DNA from: Lineus longissimus | Lineage: Eukaryota | Length of the DNA stretch: 64,000 nucleotides | Direction of reading: 5' to 3' | Assembly: GCF_910592395.1 (NCBI RefSeq) | Contig: NC_088308.1 | Coordinates: 2,294,001 to 2,358,000 of the forward strand | Notes under the pieces: model-generated | Database searches by the model: none | What the model saw: the letters and a program-made list of their open reading frames with translations, nothing else | Told to the model about the DNA's origin: nothing | Shown here: positions 28,517 through 43,500 of the stretch, one piece after another | Position numbering within the stretch: position 1 is the first letter of the stretch | Layout: each line of letters opens with the position of its first letter | Translations under genes and position numbers: made by a program

Positions 28517-31500
28517 AATTCAATATTGCGACAGAGTTTTCTTGATATATCGTATTTATATAGCTCGGTGATATAAAAGATAATGCTCACATTTGATTTT
28601 AATGTTTGAATGGCTTTCCCAAAAAATTTTTAGAAGCGAGATCAACAGGGTCAAACGAAATAGTCTTTGGCGCCAATGAATGGTATCAGCAATGATTTGA
28701 ATTAAGATTCGAGTCGATTCTTTTGGAGTCGGAAATACCCATGCACACGGCAATCGTATCTACCGGTATAGCTCCGTGCACGTGATTTGAAGGGACAATT
28801 TCGGTGTGGGATTTAGGTGGCCAGGAAGCTGATATGTAATTTGAATCTATCCGCCTGCTCATCACTGTAGTTACAAACTAAATGCTCATCGCTAATAAGG
28901 AATTTAGCATGTAATGTGTGACGGGTTGACATGACTTGCAAATCTTAGATTTTTTGGCAAACACCAAAATCTCACCAAAACGGAATGTAACTGTACGTGT
29001 ACAGTTACATTCCGTTTACAGTTACATTCCGTTTTGGTGAGATCTTTTTTGCAGTTTGATGATATGTCAATAATTCTCTCAGCTCCTTGAGAAGTCACGT
29101 TCCTACTTGAAGCTATTTTGCATGAAAAACAGCCTGTCTCATGCCAAAGTTGTCCCTTCAACAAAGAACGTTTGTAGCTGATTTTATGGTTTGAATGGCC
29201 ATTTTGAAAGAGGGTTTAGAATCGAGGTCAACCAAAATAGTTCTTGGCCTCTAATGTACCCTCGGGAATTCAAGCCGCCGACTAGTCAAACCATTCTCTG
29301 GCCGATTGCTCGAACACCTGGAATCAGTGTGTACTTCAGCTTGAAAAGTTCGGGTGAAGGGGTTTTCTTCATGATAATATTCACAATGGTATATGATGAT
29401 GGTATAAGAGGGCCGGCGAATCTAGGAACTGGAAGAAGAGGGAGCGTGCACTGCATTTCTCATCAAAATTCCTGGACAGGTGTGTTCCAAAATTTCATGA
29501 GTGGTCAATTAAAAAAAGTTTACATCAATTAGGAGCCGTGCATCTGGTGCACCCGCTTGGATCCGCGCCTGATAAACGGACATGAATGAATAATAATAAG
29601 AAAATGTTTCAAAAAACACGAAAAAGGTAGATTCGCCGGGGTTCGAACCCGTGACCACCCAATCCGTAGTGCAACCGTCTAACCGCCGAGGCCATCAAGG
29701 CTTTACAGTAAGGGGAATGATAGACAGGGAATTTTCCTTGTTCAATTCGTCGCCATATTGAAAAAGCGCAATGATTGTGACGAGGTTACGCTGGCGGAAG
29801 AGTAATTGGGTACAAATAGTCCCAGATAATCGTATAATTCAATATTGCGACAGAGTTTTCTTGATATATCGTATTTATATAGCTCAGTGATATAAAAGAT
29901 AATGCTCGCATTTGATTTAAATGTTTGAATGGCTTTCTCAAAAAAATTTTAGAAGCGAGGTCAGCAGGGTCAAAAGAAATAGTCTTTGGCGCCAATGATA
30001 TCAGCAATGATTTGAATTAAGATTCGAGTCGATTCTTTTGGAGTCGGAAATACCCATGCACACGGCAATCGTATCTACCGGTATAGCTCCGTGCACGTGA
30101 TTTGAAGGGACAATTTCGGTGTGGGATTTAGGTGGCCAGGAAGCTGATATGTAATTTGAATCTATCCGCCTGCTCATCACTGTAGTTACAAACTAAATGC
30201 TCATCGCTAATAATGAATTTGGCGTGTAATGTGAGACGGGTTTGACATGACTTGCAAATCTTAGATTTTTAGGCAATCGTACAGTTACCGGCATTCCGTT
30301 TTGGTGAGATCTTTTTTTGCAGTTTGGTGATATGTCAATAATTCTCTCAGCTCCTTGAGAAATCACGGTCCTACTTGAAGCTATTTTGCATGAAAAACAG
30401 CCTGTCTCATGCCAAAGTTGTCCCTTCAACAAAGAACGTTTGTAGCTGATTTTATGGTTTGAATGGCCATTTTGAAAGAGGGTTTAGAATCGAGGTCAAC
30501 CAAAATAGTTCTTGGCCTCTAATGTACCCTCGGGAATTCAAGCCGCCGACTAGTCAAACCATTCTCTGGCCGATTGCTCGAACACCTGGAATCAGTGTGT
30601 ACTTCAGCTTGAAAAGTTCGGGTGAAGGGGTTTTCTTCATGATAATATTCACAATGGTATATGATGATGGTATAAGAGGGCCGGCGAATCTAGGAACTGG
30701 AAGAAGAGGGAGCGTGCACTGCATTTCTCATCAAAATTCCTGGACAGGTGTGTTCCAAAATTTCATGAGTGGTCAATTAAAAAAAGTTTACACCAATTAG
30801 GAGCCGTGCATCTGGTGCACCCGCTTGGATCCGCGCCTGATAAACGGACATGAATGAATAATAATAAGAAAATGTTTCAAAAAACACGAAAAAAGTAGAT
30901 TCGCCGGGGTTCGAACCTGTGACCACCCAATCCGTAGTGCAACCGTCTAACCGCCGAGGCCATCAAGGCTTTACAGTAAGGGGAATGATAGACAGGGAAT
31001 TTTCCTTGTTCAATTCGTCGCCATATTGAAAAAGCGCAATGATTGTGGCGAGGTTACGCTGGCGGAAGAGTAATTGGGTACAAATAGTCCCAGATAATCG
31101 TATAATTCAATATTGCGACAGAGTTTTCTTGATATATCGTATTTATATAGCTCAGTGATATAAAAGATAATGCTCGCATTTGATTTAAATGTTTGAATGG
31201 CTTTCTCAAAAAATTTTTAGAAGCGAGGTCAGCAGGGTCAAAAGAAATAGTCTTTGGCGCCAATAATATCAGCAATGATTTGAATTAAGATTCGAGTCGA
31301 TTCTTTTGGAGTCGGAAATACCCATGCACACGGCAATCGTATCTACCGGTATAGCTCCGTGCACGTGATTTGAAGGGACAATTTCGGTGTGGGATTTAGG
31401 TGGCCAGGAAGCTGATATGTAATTTGAATCTATCCGCCTGCTCATCACTGTAGTTACAAACTAAATGCTCATCGCTAATAATGAATTTGGCGTGTAATGT

Positions 31501-34500
31501 GAGACGGGTTTGACATGACTTGCAAATCTTAGATTTTTAGGCAAACGTACAGTTACCGGCATTCCGTTTTGGTGAGATCTTTTTTTGCAGTTTGGTGATA
31601 TGTCAATAATTCTCTCAGCTCCTTGAGAAATCACGGTCCTACTTAAAGCTATTTTGCATGAAAACAGCCTGTCTCATGCCAAAGTTGTCCCTTCACCAAA
31701 GAATGTTTGTAGCTGATTTTATGGTTTGAATGGCCATTTTGAAAAAGGGTTTAGAATCGAGGTCAACCAAAATAGTTCTTGGCCTCAATGTACCCACGGG
31801 AATTCAAGCCGCCGACTAGTCAAACCATTCTCTGGCCGATTGCTCGAACACCTGGAATCAGTGTGTACTTCAGCTTGAAAAGTTCGGGTGAAGGGGTTTT
31901 CTTCATGATAAATAAGATAATATTCACAATGGTATAAGATGATGGTATAAGAGGGCCGGCGAATCTAGGAACTGGAAGAAGAGGGAGCGTGCACTGCATT
32001 TCTCATCAAAATTCCTGGACAGGTGTGTTCCAAAATTTCATGAGTGGTCAATTAAAAAAAGTTTACACCAATTAGGAGCCGTGCATCTGGTGCACCCGCT
32101 TGGATCCGCGCCTGATAAACGGACATGAATGAATAATAATAAGAAAATGTTTCAAAAAACACGAAAAAAGTAGATTCGCCGGGGTTCGAACCCGTGACCA
32201 CCCAATCCGTAGTGCAACCGTCTAACCGCCGAGGCCATCAAGGCTTTACAGTAAGGGGAATGATAGACAGGGAATTTTCCTTGTTCAATTCGTCGCCATA
32301 TTGAAAAAGCGCAATGATTGTGACGAGGTTACGCTGGCGGAAGAGTAATTGGGTACAAATAGTCCCAGATAATCGTATAATTCAATATTGCGACAGAGTT
32401 TTCTTGATATATCGTATTTATATAGCTCAGTGATATAAAAGATAATGCTCGCATTTGATTTAAATGTTTGAATGGCTTTCTCAAAAAAATTTTAGAAGCG
32501 AGGTCAGCAGGGTCAAAAGAAATAGTCTTTGGCGCCAATGATATCAGCAATGATTTGAATTAAGATTCGAGTCGATTCTTTTGGAGTCGGAAATACCCAT
32601 GCACACGGCAATCGTATCTACCGGTATAGCTCCGTGCACGTGATTTGAAGGGACAATTTCGGTGTGGGATTTAGGTGGCCAGGAAGCTGATATGTAATTT
32701 GAATCTATCCGCCTGCTCATCACTGTAGTTACAAACTAAATGCTCATCGCTAATAATGAATTTGGCGTGTAATGTGAGACGGGTTTGACATGACTTGCAA
32801 ATCTTAGATTTTTAGGCAAACGTACAGTTACCGGCATTCCGTTTTGGTGAGATCTTTTTTTGCAGTTTGGTGATATGTCAATAATTCTCTCAGCTCCTTG
32901 AGAAATCACGGTCCTACTTGAAGCTATTTTGCATGAAAAACAGCCTGTCTCATGCCAAAGTTGTCCCTTCAACAAAGAACGTTTGTAGCTGATTTTATGG
33001 TTTGAATGGCCATTTTGAAAGAGGGTTTAGAATCGAGGTCAACCAAAATAGTTCTTGGCCTCTAATGTACCCTCGGGAATTCAAGCCGCCGACTAGTCAA
33101 ACCATTCTCTGGCCGATTGCTCGAACACCTGGAATCAGTGTGTACTTCAGCTTGAAAAGTTCGGGTGAAGGGGTTTTCTTCATGATAATATTCACAATGG
33201 TATATGATGATGGTATAAGAGGGCCGGCGAATCTAGGAACTGGAAGAAGAGGGAGCGTGCACTGCATTTCTCATCAAAATTCCTGGACAGGTGTGTTCCA
33301 AAATTTCATGAGTGGTCAATTAAAAAAAGTTTACACCAATTAGGAGCCGTGCATCTGGTGCACCCGCTTGGATCCGCGCCTGATAAACGGACATGAATGA
33401 ATAATAATAAGAAAATGTTTCAAAAAACACGAAAAAAGTAGATTCGCCGGGGTTCGAACCCGTGACCACCCAATCCGTAGTGCAACCGTCTAACCGCCGA
33501 GGCCATCAAGGCTTTACAGTAAGGGGAATGATAGACAGGGAATTTTCCTTGTTCAATTCGTCGCCATATTGAAAAAGCGCAATGATTGTGACGAGGTTAC
33601 GCTGGCGGAAGAGTAATTGGGTACAAATAGTCCCAGATAATCGTATAATTCAATATTGCGACAGAGTTTTCTTGATATATCGTATTTATATAGCTCAGTG
33701 ATATAAAAGATAATGCTCGCATTTGATTTAAATGTTTGAATGGCTTTCTCAAAAAAATTTTAGAAGCGAGGTCAGCAGGGTCAAAAGAAATAGTCTTTGG
33801 CGCCAATGATATCAGCAATGATTTGAATTAAGATTCGAGTCGATTCTTTTGGAGTCGGAAATACCCATGCACACGGCAATCGTATCTACCGGTATAGCTC
33901 CGTGCACGTGATTTGAAGGGACAATTTCGGTGTGGGATTTAGGTGGCCAGGAAGCTGATATGTAATTTGAATCTATCCGCCTGCTCATCACTGTAGTTAC
34001 AAACTAAATGCTCATCGCTAATAATGAATTTGGCGTGTAATGTGAGACGGGTTTGACATGACTTGCAAATCTTAGATTTTTAGGCAAACGTACAGTTACC
34101 GGCATTCCGTTTTGGTGAGATCTTTTTTTGCAGTTTGGTGATATGTCAATAATTCTCTCAGCTCCTTGAGAAATCACGGTCCTACTTGAAGCTATTTTGC
34201 ATGAAAAACAGCCTGTCTCATGCCAAAGTTGTCCCTTCAACAAAGAACGTTTGTAGCTGATTTTATGGTTTGAATGGCCATTTTGAAAGAGGGTTTAGAA
34301 TCGAGGTCAACCAAAATAGTTCTTGGCCTCTAATGTACCCTCGGGAATTCAAGCCGCCGACTAGTCAAACCATTCTCTGGCCGATTGCTCGAACACCTGG
34401 AATCAGTGTGTACTTCAGCTTGAAAAGTTCGGGTGAAGGGGTTTTCTTCATGATAATATTCACAATGGTATATGATGATGGTATAAGAGGGCCGGCGAAT

Positions 34501-37500
34501 CTAGGAACTGGAAGAAGAGGGAGCGTGCACTGCATTTCTCATCAAAATTCCTGGACAGGTGTGTTCCAAAATTTCATGAGTGGTCAATTAAAAAAAGTTT
34601 ACACCAATTAGGAGCCGTGCATCTGGTGCACCCGCTTGGATCCGCGCCTGATAAACGGACATGAATGAATAATAATAAGAAAATGTTTCAAAAAACACGA
34701 AAAAAGTAGATTCGCCGGGGTTCGAACCTGTGACCACCCAATCCGTAGTGCAACCGTCTAACCGCCGAGGCCATCAAGGCTTTACAGTAAGGGGAATGAT
34801 AGACAGGGAATTTTCCTTGTTCAATTCGTCGCCATATTGAAAAAGCGCAATGATTGTGACGAGGTTACGCTGGCGGAAGAGTAATTGGGTACAAATAGTC
34901 CCAGATAATCGTATAATTCAATATTGCGACAGAGTTTTCTTGATATATCGTATTTATATAGCTCAGTGATATAAAAGATAATGCTCGCATTTGATTTAAA
35001 TGTTTGAATGGCTTTCTCAAAAAATTTTTAGAAGCGAGGTCAGCAGGGTCAAAAGAAATAGTCTTTGGCGCCAATAATATCAGCAATGATTTGAATTAAG
35101 ATTCGAGTCGATTCTTTTGGAGTCGGAAATACCCATGCACACGGCAATCGTATCTACCGGTATAGCTCCGTGCACGTGATTTGAAGGGACAATTTCGGTG
35201 TGGGATTTAGGTGGCCAGGAAGCTGATATGTAATTTGAATCTATCCGCCTGCTCATCACTGTAGTTACAAACTAAATGCTCATCGCTAATAATGAATTTG
35301 GCGTGTAATGTGAGACGGGTTTGACATGACTTGCAAATCTTAGATTTTTAGGCAAACGTACAGTTACCGGCATTCCGTTTTGGTGAGATCTTTTTTTGCA
35401 GTTTGGTGATATGTCAATAATTCTCTCAGCTCCTTGAGAAATCACGGTCCTACTTAAAGCTATTTTGCATGAAAACAGCCTGTCTCATGCCAAAGTTGTC
35501 CCTTCAACAAAGAATGTTTGTAGCTGATTTTATGGTTTGAATGGCCATTTTGAAAAAGGGTTTAGAATCGAGGTCAACCAAAATAGTTCTTGGCCTCAAT
35601 GTACCCACGGGAATTCAAGCCGCCGACTAGTCAAACCATTCTCTGGCCGATTGCTCGAACACCTGGAATCAGTGTGTACTTCAGCTTGAAAAGTTCGGGT
35701 GAAGGGGTTTTCTTCATGATAAATAAGATAATATTCACAATGGTATAAGATGATGGTATAAGAGGGCCGGCGAATCTAGGAACTGGAAGAAGAGGGAGCG
35801 TGCACTGCATTTCTCATCAAAATTCCTGGACAGGTGTGTTCCAAAATTTCATGAGTGGTCAATTAAAAAAAGTTTACACCAATTAGGAGCCGTGCATCTG
35901 GTGCACCCGCTTGGATCCGCGCCTGATAAACGGACATGAATGAATAATAATAAGAAAATGTTTCAAAAAACACGAAAAAAGTAGATTCGCCGGGGTTCGA
36001 ACCCGTGACCACCCAATCCGTAGTGCAACCGTCTAACCGCCGAGGCCATCAAGGCTTTACAGTAAGGGGAATGATAGACAGGGAATTTTCCTTGTTCAAT
36101 TCGTCGCCATATTGAAAAAGCGCAATGATTGTGACGAGGTTACGCTGGCGGAAGAGTAATTGGGTACAAATAGTCCCAGATAATCGTATAATTCAATATT
36201 GCGACAGAGTTTTCTTGATATATCGTATTTATATAGCTCAGTGATATAAAAGATAATGCTCGCATTTGATTTAAATGTTTGAATGGCTTTCTCAAAAAAA
36301 TTTTAGAAGCGAGGTCAGCAGGGTCAAAAGAAATAGTCTTTGGCGCCAATGATATCAGCAATGATTTGAATTAAGATTCGAGTCGATTCTTTTGGAGTCG
36401 GAAATACCCATGCACACGGCAATCGTATCTACCGGTATAGCTCCGTGCACGTGATTTGAAGGGACAATTTCGGTGTGGGATTTAGGTGGCCAGGAAGCTG
36501 ATATGTAATTTGAATCTATCCGCCTGCTCATCACTGTAGTTACAAACTAAATGCTCATCGCTAATAATGAATTTGGCGTGTAATGTGAGACGGGTTTGAC
36601 ATGACTTGCAAATCTTAGATTTTTAGGCAAACGTACAGTTACCGGCATTCCGTTTTGGTGAGATCTTTTTTTGCAGTTTGGTGATATGTCAATAATTCTC
36701 TCAGCTCCTTGAGAAATCACGGTCCTACTTGAAGCTATTTTGCATGAAAAACAGCCTGTCTCATGCCAAAGTTGTCCCTTCAACAAAGAACGTTTGTAGC
36801 TGATTTTATGGTTTGAATGGCCATTTTGAAAGAGGGTTTAGAATCGAGGTCAACCAAAATAGTTCTTGGCCTCTAATGTACCCTCGGGAATTCAAGCCGC
36901 CGACTAGTCAAACCATTCTCTGGCCGATTGCTCGAACACCTGGAATCAGTGTGTACTTCAGCTTGAAAAGTTCGGGTGAAGGGGTTTTCTTCATGATAAT
37001 ATTCACAATGGTATATGATGATGGTATAAGAGGGCCGGCGAATCTAGGAACTGGAAGAAGAGGGAGCGTGCACTGCATTTCTCATCAAAATTCCTGGACA
37101 GGTGTGTTCCAAAATTTCATGAGTGGTCAATTAAAAAAAGTTTACACCAATTAGGAGCCGTGCATCTGGTGCACCCGCTTGGATCCGCGCCTGATAAACG
37201 GACATGAATGAATAATAATAAGAAAATGTTTCAAAAAACACGAAAAAAGTAGATTCGCCGGGGTTCGAACCCGTGACCACCCAATCCGTAGTGCAACCGT
37301 CTAACCGCCGAGGCCATCAAGGCTTTACAGTGAGGAATGATAGACAGGGAATTTTCCTTGTTCAATTCGTCGCCATATTGAAAAAGCGCAATGATTGTGA
37401 CGAGGTTACGCTGGCGGAAGAGTAATTGGGTACAAATAGTCCCAGATAATCGTATAATTCAATATTGCGACAGAGTTTTCTTGATATATCGTATTTATAT

Positions 37501-40500
37501 AGCTCAGTGATATAAAAGATAATGCTCGCATTTGATTTAAATGTTTGAATGGCTTTCTCAAAAAATTTTTAGAAGCGAGGTCAGCAGGGTCAAAAGAAAT
37601 AGTCTTTGGCGCCAATAATATCAGCAATGATTTGAATTAAGATTCGAGTCGATTCTTTTGGAGTCGGAAATACCCATGCACACGGCAATCGTATCTACCG
37701 GTATAGCTCCGTGCACGTGATTTGAAGGGACAATTTCGGTGTGGGATTTAGGTGGCCAGGAAGCTGATATGTAATTTGAATCTATCCGCCTGCTCATCAC
37801 TGTAGTTACAAACTAAATGCTCATCGCTAATAATGAATTTGGCGTGTAATGTGAGACGGGTTTGACATGACTTGCAAATCTTAGATTTTTAGGCAAACGT
37901 ACAGTTACCGGCATTCCGTTTTGGTGAGATCTTTTTTTGCAGTTTGGTGATATGTCAATAATTCTCTCAGCTCCTTGAGAAATCACGGTCCTACTTGAAG
38001 CTATTTTGCATGAAAACAGCCTGTCTCATGCCAAAGTTGTCCCTTCAACAAAGAATGTTTGTAGCTGATTTTATGGTTTGAATGGCCATTTTGAAAAAGG
38101 GTTTAGAATCGAGGTCAACCAAAATAGTTCTTGGCCTCAATGTACCCACGGGAATTCAAGCCGCCGACTAGTCAAACCATTCTCTGGCCGATTGCTCGAA
38201 CACCTGGAATCAGTGTGTACTTCAGCTTGAAAAGTTCGGGTGAAGGGGTTTTCTTCATGATAAATAAGATAATATTCACAATGGTATAAGATGATGGTAT
38301 AAGAGGGCCGGCGAATCTAGGAACTGGAAGAAGAGGGAGCGTGCACTGCATTTCTCATCAAAATTCCTGGACAGGTGTGTTCCAAAATTTCATGAGTGGT
38401 CAATTAAAAAAAGTTTACATCAATTAGGAGCCGTGCATCTGGTGCACCCGCTTGGATCCGCGCCTGATAAACGGACATGAATGAATAATAATAAGAAAAT
38501 GTTTCAAAAAACACGAAAAAAGTAGATTCGCCGGGGTTCGAACCCGTGACCACCCAATCCGTAGTGCAACCGTCTAACCGCCGAGGCCATCAAGGCTTTA
38601 CAGTAAGGGGAATGATAGACAGGGAATTTTCCTTGTTCAATTCGTCGCCATATTGAAAAAGCGCAATGATTGTGACGAGGTTACGCTGGCGGAAGAGTAA
38701 TTGGGTACAAATAGTCCCAGATAATCGTATAATTCAATATTGCGACAGAGTTTTCTTGATATATCGTATTTATATAGCTCAGTGATATAAAAGATAATGC
38801 TCGCATTTGATTTAAATGTTTGAATGGCTTTCTCAAAAAAATTTTAGAAGCGAGGTCAGCAGGGTCAAAAGAAATAGTCTTTGGCGCCAATGATATCAGC
38901 AATGATTTGAATTAAGATTCGAGTCGATTCTTTTGGAGTCGGAAATACCCATGCACACGGCAATCGTATCTACCGGTATAGCTCCGTGCACGTGATTTGA
39001 AGGGACAATTTCGGTGTGGGATTTAGGTGGCCAGGAAGCTGATATGTAATTTGAATCTATCCGCCTGCTCATCACTGTAGTTACAAACTAAATGCTCATC
39101 GCTAATAATGAATTTGGCGTGTAATGTGAGACGGGTTTGACATGACTTGCAAATCTTAGATTTTTAGGCAAACGTACAGTTACCGGCATTCCGTTTTGGT
39201 GAGATCTTTTTTTGCAGTTTGGTGATATGTCAATAATTCTCTCAGCTCCTTGAGAAATCACGGTCCTACTTGAAGCTATTTTGCATGAAAAACAGCCTGT
39301 CTCATGCCAAAGTTGTCCCTTCAACAAAGAACGTTTGTAGCTGATTTTATGGTTTGAATGGCCATTTTGAAAGAGGGTTTAGAATCGAGGTCAACCAAAA
39401 TAGTTCTTGGCCTCTAATGTACCCTCGGGAATTCAAGCCGCCGACTAGTCAAACCATTCTCTGGCCGATTGCTCGAACACCTGGAATCAGTGTGTACTTC
39501 AGCTTGAAAAGTTCGGGTGAAGGGGTTTTCTTCATGATAATATTCACAATGGTATATGATGATGGTATAAGAGGGCCGGCGAATCTAGGAACTGGAAGAA
39601 GAGGGAGCGTGCACTGCATTTCTCATCAAAATTCCTGGACAGGTGTGTTCCAAAATTTCATGAGTGGTCAATTAAAAAAAGTTTACACCAATTAGGAGCC
39701 GTGCATCTGGTGCACCCGCTTGGATCCGCGCCTGATAAACGGACATGAATGAATAATAATAAGAAAATGTTTCAAAAAACACGAAAAAAGTAGATTCGCC
39801 GGGGTTCGAACCCATGACCACCCAATCCGTAGTGCAACCGTCTAACCGCCGAGGCCATCAAGGCTTTACAGTAAGGGGAATGATAGACAGGGAATTTTCC
39901 TTGTTCAATTCGTCGCCATATTGAAAAAGCGCAATGATTGTGACGAGGTTACGCTGGCGGAAGAGTAATTGGGTACAAATAGTCCCAGATAATCGTATAA
40001 TTCAATATTGCGACAGAGTTTTCTTGATATATCGTATTTATATAGCTCAGTGATATAAAAGATAATGCTCGCATTTGATTTAAATGTTTGAATGGCTTTC
40101 TCAAAAAAATTTTAGAAGCGAGGTCAGCAGGGTCAAAAGAAATAGTCTTTGGCGCCAATGATATCAGCAATGATTTGAATTAAGATTCGAGTCGATTCTT
40201 TTGGAGTCGGAAATACCCATGCACACGGCAATCGTATCTACCGGTATAGCTCCGTGCACGTGATTTGAAGGGACAATTTCGGTGTGGGATTTAGGTGGCC
40301 AGGAAGCTGATATGTAATTTGAATCTATCCGCCTGCTCATCACTGTAGTTACAAACTAAATGCTCATCGCTAATAATGAATTTGGCGTGTAATGTGAGAC
40401 GGGTTTGACATGACTTGCAAATCTTAGATTTTTAGGCAAACGTACAGTTACCGGCATTCCGTTTTGGTGAGATCTTTTTTTGCAGTTTGGTGATATGTCA

Positions 40501-43500
40501 ATAATTCTCTCAGCTCCTTGAGAAATCACGGTCCTACTTGAAGCTATTTTGCATGAAAAACAGCCTGTCTCATGCCAAAGTTGTCCCTTCAACAAAGAAC
40601 GTTTGTAGCTGATTTTATGGTTTGAATGGCCATTTTGAAAGAGGGTTTAGAATCGAGGTCAACCAAAATAGTTCTTGGCCTCTAATGTACCCTCGGGAAT
40701 TCAAGCCGCCGACTAGTCAAACCATTCTCTGGCCGATTGCTCGAACACCTGGAATCAGTGTGTACTTCAGCTTGAAAAGTTCGGGTGAAGGGGTTTTCTT
40801 CATGATAATATTCACAATGGTATATGATGATGGTATAAGAGGGCCGGCGAATCTAGGAACTGGAAGAAGAGGGAGCGTGCACTGCATTTCTCATCAAAAT
40901 TCCTGGACAGGTGTGTTCCAAAATTTCATGAGTGGTCAATTAAAAAAAGTTTACACCAATTAGGAGCCGTGCATCTGGTGCACCCGCTTGGATCCGCGCC
41001 TGATAAACGGACATGAATGAATAATAATAAGAAAATGTTTCAAAAAACACGAAAAAAGTAGATTCGCCGGGGTTCGAACCCGTGACCACCCAATCCGTAG
41101 TGCAACCGTCTAACCGCCGAGGCCATCAAGGCTTTACAGTAAGAGGAATGATAGACAGGGAATTTTCCTTGTTCAATTCGTCGCCATATTGAAAAAGCGC
41201 AATGATTGTGACGAGGTTACGCTGGCGGAAGAGTAATTGGGTACAAATAGTCCCAGATAATCGTATAATTCAATATTGCGACAGAGTTTTCTTGATATAT
41301 CGTATTTATATAGCTCAGTGATATAAAAGATAATGCTCGCATTTGATTTAAATGTTTGAATGGCTTTCTCAAAAAAATTTTAGAAGCGAGGTCAGCAGGG
41401 TCAAAAGAAATAGTCTTTGGCGCCAATGATATCAGCAATGATTTGAATTAAGATTCGAGTCGATTCTTTTGGAGTCGGAAATACCCATGCACACGGCAAT
41501 CGTATCTACCGGTATAGCTCCGTGCACGTGATTTGAAGGGACAATTTCGGTGTGGGATTTAGGTGGCCAGGAAGCTGATATGTAATTTGAATCTATCCGC
41601 CTGCTCATCACTGTAGTTACAAACTAAATGCTCATCGCTAATAATGAATTTGGCGTGTAATGTGAGACGGGTTTGACATGACTTGCAAATCTTAGATTTT
41701 TAGGCAAACGTACAGTTACCGGCATTCCGTTTTGGTGAGATCTTTTTTTTGCAGTTTGGTGATATGTCAATAATTCTCTCAGCTCCTTGAGAAATCACGG
41801 TCCTACTTGAAGCTATTTTGCATGAAAAACAGCCTGTCTCATGCCAAAGTTGTCCCTTCAACAAAGAACGTTTGTAGCTGATTTTATGGTTTGAATGGCC
41901 ATTTTGAAAGAGGGTTTAGAATCGAGGTCAACCAAAATAGTTCTTGGCCTCTAATGTACCCTCGGGAATTCAAGCCGCCGACTAGTCAAACCATTCTCTG
42001 GCCGATTGCTCGAACACCTGGAATCAGTGTGTACTTCAGCTTGAAAAGTTCGGGTGAAGGGGTTTTCTTCATGATAATATTCACAATGGTATATGATGAT
42101 GGTATAAGAGGGCCGGCGAATCTAGGAACTGGAAGAAGAGGGAGCGTGCACTGCATTTCTCATCAAAATTCCTGGACAGGTGTGTTCCAAAATTTCATGA
42201 GTGGTCAATTAAAAAAAGTTTACACCAATTAGGAGCCGTGCATCTGGTGCACCCGCTTGGATCCGCGCCTGATAAACGGACATGAATGAATAATAATAAG
42301 AAAATGTTTCAAAAAACACGAAAAAAGTAGATTCGCCGGGGTTCGAACCCGTGACCACCTAATCCGTAGTGCAACCGTCTAACCGCCGAGGCCATCAAGG
42401 CTTTACAGTAAGGGGAATGATAGACAGGGAATTTTCCTTGTTCAATTCGTCGCCATATTGAAAAAGCGCAATGATTGTGACGAGGTTACGCTGGCGGAAG
42501 AGTAATTGGGTACAAATAGTCCCAGATAATCGTATAATTCAATATTGCGACAGAGTTTTCTTGATATATCGTATTTATATAGCTCAGTGATATAAAAGAT
42601 AATGCTCGCATTTGATTTAAATGTTTGAATGGCTTTCTCAAAAAAATTTTAGAAGCGAGGTCAGCAGGGTCAAAAGAAATAGTCTTTGGCGCCAATGATA
42701 TCAGCAATGATTTGAATTAAGATTCGAGTCGATTCTTTTGGAGTCGGAAATACCCATGCACACGGCAATCGTATCTACCGGTATAGCTCCGTGCACGTGA
42801 TTTGAAGGGACAATTTCGGTGTGGGATTTAGGTGGCCAGGAAGCTGATATGTAATTTGAATCTATCCGCCTGCTCATCACTGTAGTTACAAACTAAATGC
42901 TCATCGCTAATAATGAATTTGGCGTGTAATGTGAGACGGGTTTGACATGACTTGCAAATCTTAGATTTTTAGGCAAACGTACAGTTACCGGCATTCCGTT
43001 TTGGTGAGATCTTTTTTTGCAGTTTGGTGATATGTCAATAATTCTCTCAGCTCCTTGAGAAATCACGGTCCTACTTGAAGCTATTTTGCATGAAAAACAG
43101 CCTGTCTCATGCCAAAGTTGTCCCTTCAACAAAGAACGTTTGTAGCTGATTTTATGGTTTGAATGGCCATTTTGAAAGAGGGTTTAGAATCGAGGTCAAC
43201 CAAAATAGTTCTTGGCCTCTAATGTACCCTCGGGAATTCAAGCCGCCGACTAGTCAAACCATTCTCTGGCCGATTGCTCGAACACCTGGAATCAGTGTGT
43301 ACTTCAGCTTGAAAAGTTCGGGTGAAGGGGTTTTCTTCATGATAATATTCACAATGGTATATGATGATGGTATAAGAGGGCCGGCGAATCTAGGAACTGG
43401 AAGAAGAGGGAGCGTGCACTGCATTTCTCATCAAAATTCCTGGACAGGTGTGTTCCAAAATTTCATGAGTGGTCAATTAAAAAAAGTTTACACCAATTAG

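Noticed and set aside
29279..29290. GACTAGTC as a Helitron head-to-tail CTAG|TC junction
   Set aside because: The array boundaries do not coincide with this site and the upstream hairpin is weak.
29629..29701. Functional tRNA-Arg gene
   Set aside because: The acceptor stem has 4 of 7 mismatches and the anticodon stem has only one Watson-Crick pair.
29191..43500. Recurrent 113-, 73- and 79-aa ORFs in the array as a multicopy gene family
   Set aside because: They have non-ATG (TTG) starts and no recognisable motif. The 113- and 79-aa ORFs are broken in type-B units, and all recur only because the DNA is repeated.
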